A stretch of 64,000 nucleotides of DNA from a virus. Its lineage: Duplodnaviria; Caudoviricetes. Under the pieces are notes generated by a model, which worked only from the letters and a program-made list of their open reading frames with translations, was not told the origin of the DNA and searched no databases. The stretch is taken from the IMG/VR virus record IMGVR_UViG_3300044655_001269, positions 7,836 through 71,835 of that record. One strand, given 5' to 3'. Position numbers and translations under genes: made by a program. This document shows, in pieces, positions 58,019 to 64,000 of the stretch. The stretch's first letter is position 1. Each line of letters begins with the position of its first letter.

Positions 58019-58167
58019 ACTTTTAATCTCCTAAATGTAGTTTTACTAGGAGTATTTAGCAGGTTTTCAAAAATGGGTATCGAAACAGTTAGTGGTATTT
58101 TAACAGCAAAAGCCAGCAAGATGCTGGCTTTTAGTGGGTTTTTAATGAGGAATAAACTTGAGAATAA

Positions 58168-58818
58168 TCATACTATACGTATCTGACTCTTTTCTTCGAC
58201 AAATTCAGCAACTTTGTCGTATAAATCATCAACAGTACCATCATTATTAATCAGTATATCGTATTTAGTACCTAACCAAGACCATTCACTTGCATGGATT
58301 TTCTTAGTTTGTAAACTATTAATACCAACTATAGAACCTTTTAATGCCAATTCAGCATCAGCATACCATTCAGGTAACTCACCACGCTGTACTCGAATAA
58401 CCCAACCACCTAAATCACGAATAGCCTGAATCTCATTTGGGAATCGGCAATCACTAATCACAATACTTGTATTTGCTTTGTTAATCTTATTCTCAAGACT
58501 AGCAACCCAAATATCATCATGAAAATTCTTTCTAGCCAACTCAGTACCCCAGTGTTGCAACACCCATCGTGGTGTTAGGGTTGGCATCGATAATCTTTTA
58601 GACCAGTAAGAGTCTATTTCTTCACGCCATTCACGGGATTCTTGGGTACGACCTTCTAACTGTTCTCTATCCCATCCAAAGACATTGGCTACCGCATCTT
58701 TGAGTGAACTAGCAAAACTAAGTTGATTAAAGTCGTGAAATTGAGTTAAGTAATGCGCAATGGTATCTTTACCAGAACCAATGTTACCAACAATACCGAT
58801 TACAAGTTTGTTTGTCAT
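58168..58818 (-). CDS. Deoxynucleoside monophosphate kinase (gp1-like)
   Basis: G..GSGKDT, SFA..LKD, TPR..LQ..GTE, DCRFPNE, H.SE. Confidence 0.9.
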   Translation of the reverse strand: MTNKLVIGIVGNIGSGKDTIAHYLTQFHDFNQLSFASSLKDAVANVFGWDREQLEGRTQESREWREEIDSYWSKRLSMPTLTPRWVLQHWGTELARKNFHDDIWVASLENKINKANTSIVISDCRFPNEIQAIRDLGGWVIRVQRGELPEWYADAELALKGSIVGINSLQTKKIHASEWSWLGTKYDILINNDGTVDDLYDKVAEFVEEKSQIRIV

Positions 58819-58977
58819 GTGAATTTCCTAATGTGATATTAGGTTATTATAACTCATTTTGGAAGGGATGTAAAGGTGTTATTAACTGATGGGTAAATTG
58901 CGAGTCGCGATCTGATTAAAAGAAAACCCACCCTAAAGTGGGTTTTCAAAAGTTATGAGATACAAAAAACGAAAAAT

Positions 58978-59534
58978 CTAAACTAGTGACATCCGAACCG
59001 CACGAGTAACGCCACCGGTATACCTCTTGCCCTGGAAGTTGTCATTGGTCTGCCGCCCGTCGTTCATGTACTGACCCCATGAGTAGCCGCCACTGTACTC
59101 AGTAGATGTAAAGTACATAGCCAGAGCGAACGAGTTTGCTGTTGCAAAAGGCTTTGCAGACTTATTTGACCACATGGTCAGCATTTCTACTTTGGCTGGT
59201 AGGTACCAGGTATTATACCCACCAGTGGTTAGATTTTTACAATAATAGGCTGCGGGATGCCCACTTGCTGTTGTATTACCAAAAGCATATAATGTATTAG
59301 TATTGGCGATACCATTGGTTGTACTGATGGTGCCACGTACCGTCCCGGTACTACCAAAGATGGCTTGCCAACCAGTGACTTCAGTTGATTTAGGTGCTAC
59401 ATACATATACGAAGTACCATCACCTGCTAGTCCTAGGTAAAATCCAGATCCAGCAACTGGGGCTTCAGAACCAAGGAGTTTTACCCCCCCCCCGAGACTT
59501 GGGTTCTTCTATGAAATTTTTGTAAACTACTCAT
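58978..59534 (-). pseudogene. DUF1566-like lectin gene (185 aa if intact), frameshifted at a G10 tract; 3' end resembles a DGR variable region
   Basis: ATG 59534 with AGGAG SD and TAAATA; G10 (C10 at 59484-59493) gives TAA, G11 joins the 58978..59406 ORF; WYLP..E, Y.TSTE, RAVR motifs. Confidence 0.7.
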
Positions 59535-59569
59535 TTTACTTCTCCTTTTATAATATATACTTGTATTTA
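59508..59569 (-). repeat. 62-bp perfect inverted repeat, copy 1 (partner 63874-63935)
   Basis: TAAATACAAGTATATATTATAAAAGGAGAAGTAAAATGAGTAGTTTACAAAAATTTCATAGA; a second shared block TCTGAAGCCCCAGTTGCTGGATCTGG follows. Confidence 0.9.
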
Positions 59570-59876
59570 CCTGATAAAAGAGAAGATGGTGGGAATATAG
59601 GGTAAACTAAGAGAAATAATCTCTTAGTTCACGATTCTAAGGAGTTGCCAAAAGACGGTTATCTTTTAGCCTTGCTGGACTATTATTACATTAGTAACTG
59701 TATTTAGTATTATGCGGTGATTATTGTTGTAGCCATTGGCTCGCACCTAGCGGTGCTCGCTATAAATTATATGACTGTAGTGAATTGATAGGTAGATTGC
59801 GAGTCGCGTTATCGACGAGCCTTGTATTCAATGTAGGTTAATTATCTTTTAGATAAAACTTATATAAATCAACAAT

Positions 59877-60641
59877 TTAGCCGATTATCCATGCATATGA
59901 CCCATTACCACCTGTAACAGAAGTAGTCAAATCGACCATCAACTTCTCAATCTCAGCATTTCCTTCTGCTTTCAATTGAGCACCATTAAGTGTACCACCG
60001 CCTTGTGGACCAGCAATAGTTGAAAACTTCTCACGAGCTTGACCTAAAATTATTTTGCAATTGGCAAGTGTATAATCTTTAATCCATTGACCAGCATAGG
60101 TATCGTTAATAATTGCACTATCAGGGCGTGTATTATAAACATGTAGCAGAACTTCTTCCTCACCACGTGGCCGTTGTTCGATAAACAACTTACGAGATTG
60201 TGGATTCCAAGTAAATGCGATATAAGAACCAAACATCTTACCAACTAATTCTTGATATTGTGCAAACAATTCATAGGTTAATAGACCACCCATATTAGTT
60301 GAACTTAACAAGTAAGTATTCGTATAAGCCATATTGAATGGTTCAAATACTGTACCACCAGTACCATTACCAGTACGAGAACCAACTGATCGTCTAAAGA
60401 TTTGACGAACTTGTTGGATTTCTTGTGGTAGGATATAAGTGTTTTGACTTTCTGTTAAGGTCAAGAAAGCATAACTTTCCTCCACGGAATTATCACCGCG
60501 TTGTCTAAATGTAGCAAGTGCTCGATTTAATGCAGTTTCATAATGGATTGGATCCAATTCCACATCCACGAGCCCATCGGCTAGGAATATTCTGCAGTAG
60601 TCGTATACACTTTGTTTTGCTTGATCAATATTAGTATTCAT
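59877..60641 (-). CDS. gp13: Neck protein (gp13-like)
   Basis: VEL...H, W.KDY.LA.CK..LG.AR.KF...GP.GG..LNG. Confidence 0.85.
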   Translation of the reverse strand: MNTNIDQAKQSVYDYCRIFLADGLVDVELDPIHYETALNRALATFRQRGDNSVEESYAFLTLTESQNTYILPQEIQQVRQIFRRSVGSRTGNGTGGTVFEPFNMAYTNTYLLSSTNMGGLLTYELFAQYQELVGKMFGSYIAFTWNPQSRKLFIEQRPRGEEEVLLHVYNTRPDSAIINDTYAGQWIKDYTLANCKIILGQAREKFSTIAGPQGGGTLNGAQLKAEGNAEIEKLMVDLTTSVTGGNGSYAWIIG

Positions 60642-60693
60642 GCTTGTATTTAGGCTAAAAATCACCTAAATATTAGAAAACTAGGAGATTCAA

Positions 60694-61995
60694 GTGCCGA
60701 GACTTTCACTCTACAGGCCGGAAAAAGGCAGTGATTATCGATTTATAGACAAAAACATCTGGGAAATGTTCCAAGTAGGTGGAGTGGACGTGCTTGTCCA
60801 CCGTTATATTGGACCAGGTGATTCAGCTGAAAACACACCAACAACACCCGTATATTCAACCGACGACCCAACCCATATTCAAGATTTACTGTTTTTAGAA
60901 AATAGAGATAGAAAGTATGACCCATCAGTTTATGTGCTAAGAGGTCATTATAATGTACAAGATATCGATTTTAACTTAAGTCAGTTTGGTTTATTCTTAC
61001 AGAATGATACTATATTCATTAGTTTCCATATCAACGATACAGTTGAAAAGTTGGGTAGAAAGATTATATCAGGTGATGTTATTGAGTTACCACATCTAAA
61101 AGATGAGTATGCGTTAAATGATTTACAGTTTGCCCTAAAACGATTCTATGTAGTAGAAGAAGTAAGCCGAGCAAGTCAAGGTTTTTCTGCACTTTGGTAC
61201 CCACATTTATACAGAGCAAAATGCAAACCATTAGTTGATAGTCAAGAATTCAAAGATATCTTAAGTGGATTGGCTGATGAGGACGGTGAAAGTGATTTGA
61301 CTCTAAGAGATATTATGTCAACCTACGAAAAAGAAATGCAAATCACCCATGCGGTGTTAGACCAAGCAGATGCTGATTTACCACTAAGTGGCTATTCTAC
61401 TGAAAACTTCTATGTGATGAGACAAGATCGGTATGGTTTAGTTGAAATTGCGTCAGCTAGTTATGATATGTCAGTTTCTGCGCAAGAACAAGCTACCGAT
61501 GAGCATGGTAATGTTATATTCGATGCCAACGGAGATCCTATCTATGTTGGAACAACAGCTTCAATGGCATTCCAAAGTCCGTCTGGTTATACTGGTACAG
61601 TTTCACCTACTTCACTACAGCCTAATACGTTAAATGGCTACTCTGGTTATCTGGTTGGTGATGGTTTACCACCCAATGGTGCACAGTTCACTGCCGGTAT
61701 TTCATTCCCGATCGCACCTGTTAACGGACAATACTGCTTAAGAACCGATTACCAACCAAAAAGATTATTCCAATTTGATGGTTTAAGATGGATTAAAATT
61801 GAAGATGCAGTTCGTATGAACGTTAATAACTTTGGTTACAGCGATACTGGTGTTGGTGATGAGTTTGAAGGTAAAGCAGTCAGACAAAACCAAAAAGGTA
61901 CGTTTGTTAACAATGATACTGTAGCAACTATTGATGGACATGTAATCAAAGAAAAACAAAGTCTATCTAAAGCATTAAGACCAGAGGCGGATTAA
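60694..61995 (+). CDS. Neck/head-closure protein (gp14-like)
   Basis: LSQFGLF..ND, GDVIELP; position between gp13 and gp15. Confidence 0.65.
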   Translation: MPRLSLYRPEKGSDYRFIDKNIWEMFQVGGVDVLVHRYIGPGDSAENTPTTPVYSTDDPTHIQDLLFLENRDRKYDPSVYVLRGHYNVQDIDFNLSQFGLFLQNDTIFISFHINDTVEKLGRKIISGDVIELPHLKDEYALNDLQFALKRFYVVEEVSRASQGFSALWYPHLYRAKCKPLVDSQEFKDILSGLADEDGESDLTLRDIMSTYEKEMQITHAVLDQADADLPLSGYSTENFYVMRQDRYGLVEIASASYDMSVSAQEQATDEHGNVIFDANGDPIYVGTTASMAFQSPSGYTGTVSPTSLQPNTLNGYSGYLVGDGLPPNGAQFTAGISFPIAPVNGQYCLRTDYQPKRLFQFDGLRWIKIEDAVRMNVNNFGYSDTGVGDEFEGKAVRQNQKGTFVNNDTVATIDGHVIKEKQSLSKALRPEAD

Positions 61996-61997
61996 AA

Positions 61998-63410
61998 ATG
62001 GATTTTGTATATGATGGTCAGATAAGAAGGTATGTTACCCAGTTTATGAGAATCTTCATCGGATTCAAATACAGAACTGGTGGCACTAAATCAGAAGATA
62101 GACACGTACCAGTTATGTACGGTGATATGACGCGCCAAGTGGCTAGTATTATCAAAGACAACTCAGAAAATAAAATGTCAACAGTTCCTCGTTTCGGGTG
62201 CTATATTACCGGATTGGAAATGGATAGGGATAGAACTTCTGATTCTACCTTTGTTAGTAAAATCAATATAAGACAACGAAGTTATACTGGTTCGGGTGCT
62301 ACTGTTGAATATCAAAATACACAAGGTGGTAACTATACAGTAGAACGGTTAATGCCATCGCCTTATACGTTAACAATGAAAACTGATTTATGGACAAGTA
62401 ACACTGACCAAAAACTGCAGTTGATTGAACAAATCTTGATGCTATTCAACCCAACTTTGGAATTACAAACCAACGATAACTTCGTTGATTGGACTAGCTT
62501 ATCCGTTGTTAATATGAAGAATATTACCTTTACTTCACGTCAAATTCCACAAGGTTTAGAATCAGAAATAGATGTTTGTAGTTTAGAGTTTACTATCCCT
62601 ATTTGGATTTCTCCACCTGCCAAAGTTAAGAAAATGGGTATTGTTCAATCCGTTATTGCCAATGTCTTTACTGAAAGTGGTGATTTGGTTAATATTGATC
62701 AACTTATATTTGACCATATTACTGCTAATGTTAGGGAAAGAGTTGATGTTCTTAACTTTAAAGTCGCCCTATTCAAAGCAGTTGATAAAGGACCTAATGT
62801 TTATGAACTAACCTCAGTTGATTCACATGTTAACTGGCATGCTATCGTAGAAGCTGTTGGCAAAAAGACTCCTCTAAGTCAAGTTCATTTCACACAACCT
62901 ACTGGTTATGATATGGTTGGTACATTTGAAATTTATGATATCGACCCAACTATTATCTTAGTTACCTTTGACCAAGATACAGTTCCCTCTAATACTATTA
63001 TTGAGAGTACGGTCAATGGCGTTGCTGCTCGTGGAACTATCGATGCGATTATTGACCCTTATAAGTTCAATCCACTTGAAGTATTTGGCAGTCAAGCAGA
63101 TATCCCAGTTGGTATTCGTTACTTGATACTAGATGACGTCAATTCAAGTATTAACACTGGCACTGCAAACTACGATGGTCCAGATGCTTGGAAAAACTTG
63201 GATGGCAGTGATCCAATTATACACGCTGATTCACTAATAGAATGGAATGGTAGTTCATGGGTTACTGTTTGGTCAGTCAATAGCGGTGGAAATCCATGTA
63301 TTCAAAATCTACGCACCGGTATCAAATATCGTTGGGATGGAACCCAGTGGCTAAAAGCATTCGAAGGCGAATATGCTCATGAATATTGGGGTTTTAAACT
63401 GGATGCTTAA
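61998..63410 (+). CDS. gp15: Tail terminator/sheath stabiliser (gp15-like)
   Basis: YDGQIRRY..QF, VPV.YG, P.PY.L, Q..QLIEQIL.LFNP. Confidence 0.8.
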   Translation: MDFVYDGQIRRYVTQFMRIFIGFKYRTGGTKSEDRHVPVMYGDMTRQVASIIKDNSENKMSTVPRFGCYITGLEMDRDRTSDSTFVSKINIRQRSYTGSGATVEYQNTQGGNYTVERLMPSPYTLTMKTDLWTSNTDQKLQLIEQILMLFNPTLELQTNDNFVDWTSLSVVNMKNITFTSRQIPQGLESEIDVCSLEFTIPIWISPPAKVKKMGIVQSVIANVFTESGDLVNIDQLIFDHITANVRERVDVLNFKVALFKAVDKGPNVYELTSVDSHVNWHAIVEAVGKKTPLSQVHFTQPTGYDMVGTFEIYDIDPTIILVTFDQDTVPSNTIIESTVNGVAARGTIDAIIDPYKFNPLEVFGSQADIPVGIRYLILDDVNSSINTGTANYDGPDAWKNLDGSDPIIHADSLIEWNGSSWVTVWSVNSGGNPCIQNLRTGIKYRWDGTQWLKAFEGEYAHEYWGFKLDA

Positions 63411-63777
63411 TTCTAAACGGGCTGGTTTACTCTACTTGGCAAAAAGTACCGGTAGAGTAATGCTTATTTTAGAGAATTCAAAATGGACTTTACCTACGTT
63501 TGTTCGGTCGCTATCTTTATTGGAAGATTCGAGTGAATTAATGAAGATGTATGCCACTGGTAAGATAGTACCCATTGAACTTTATCTTTCATCCGATAAA
63601 GGTTTTGAATTTGGAACCTATGTTTGTTTGGTTGATTGTGAATTTTTGGTTAATTCTGGAACATTTGCATGGTGTGACCTGGTGTGTTTACCAGGTCACT
63701 TACATACTGGGTTGAAAACCACGCTCGGTAATTCAACGATTAGGGTGAAAATCGAAACTATTTTAGAGATTGGTTAG
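63403..63777 (+). CDS. Degenerate Nudix-like protein
   Basis: AG.L......GR..L...W...EF...FAW...LP..LH.G; Nudix box eroded. Confidence 0.5.
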   Translation: MLNSKRAGLLYLAKSTGRVMLILENSKWTLPTFVRSLSLLEDSSELMKMYATGKIVPIELYLSSDKGFEFGTYVCLVDCEFLVNSGTFAWCDLVCLPGHLHTGLKTTLGNSTIRVKIETILEIG

Positions 63778-63873
63778 GGTTGCGATGTGTCGCTGCACGA
63801 ATGGCAACCAGAATAACAACAATAAGAACAAGCGTGATATGGCTATATAGCACGTAAATGTGTATTTCTCCAA

Positions 63874-63935
63874 TAAATACAAGTATATATTATAAAAGGA
63901 GAAGTAAAATGAGTAGTTTACAAAAATTTCATAGA
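63874..63935 (+). repeat. 62-bp inverted repeat, copy 2
   Basis: Identical to the reverse complement of 59508-59569. Confidence 0.9.
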
Positions 63936-64000
63936 CGTACATTAGTAGCAGTAGCAGCAGGGAAACTAGTCGGATCTGAAGCCCCAGTTGCTGGATCTGG
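63909..64000 (+). CDS. Paralog of the 59534 lectin gene, 5' part (runs off window)
   Basis: MSSLQKFHRRTLVAVAAGKLVGSEAPVAGSG; same promoter and SD. Confidence 0.8.
   Translation, partial: MSSLQKFHRRTLVAVAAGKLVGSEAPVAGS

Noticed and set aside
1-64000. Complete DGR or retron (reverse transcriptase)
   Set aside because: No ORF with RT motifs (YxDD in RT context) in the window.
1-64000. Stop-codon reassignment
   Set aside because: Core genes are full length in the standard code and end in TAA, TAG or TGA; no suppressor tRNA seen.

Overview
64 kb from a large, AT-rich, T4-like (jumbo-type) myovirus genome read in the standard code; no host can be assigned. All functional calls come from motifs recognised by eye, not database searches. 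1-11 kb: tRNA-Met plus about 30 small early genes arranged as cassettes, each typically with a sigma70-like promoter and a shared leader (CCACCTTAACAAA-GCACTAC-GGAG). 11.0-11.8 kb: repeat-rich non-coding junction. 12-26 kb: replication and recombination genes (gp41 helicase, gp61 primase, a 188-aa DnaE-like protein, gp62-like, UvsW with intein). 26-34 kb: glycosyltransferase/capsule-type cluster. 35-39 kb: UvsY, UvsX (intein), gp32, tRNA-Asn and tRNA-Thr(AGT). 43-49.5 kb: large terminase fractured into two genes by an atypically split intein, with a homing endonuclease, four DUF1566-like lectin genes and a candidate ~570-nt RNA between the halves. 50-64 kb: head, tail and neck genes, with the neck module flanked by inverted copies of a lectin-gene 5' end, one interrupted at a G10 tract. 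Main candidate novelties: (i) two multi-hairpin RNAs whose loops (AGUAGUG) are complementary to the GCACUAC box at the ribosome-binding site of 15 early genes; (ii) a 12-mer CTAAAAGATAAT seen about 35 times; (iii) the split-intein terminase with cargo; (iv) a possible inversion/slippage switch on DGR-like lectin genes.
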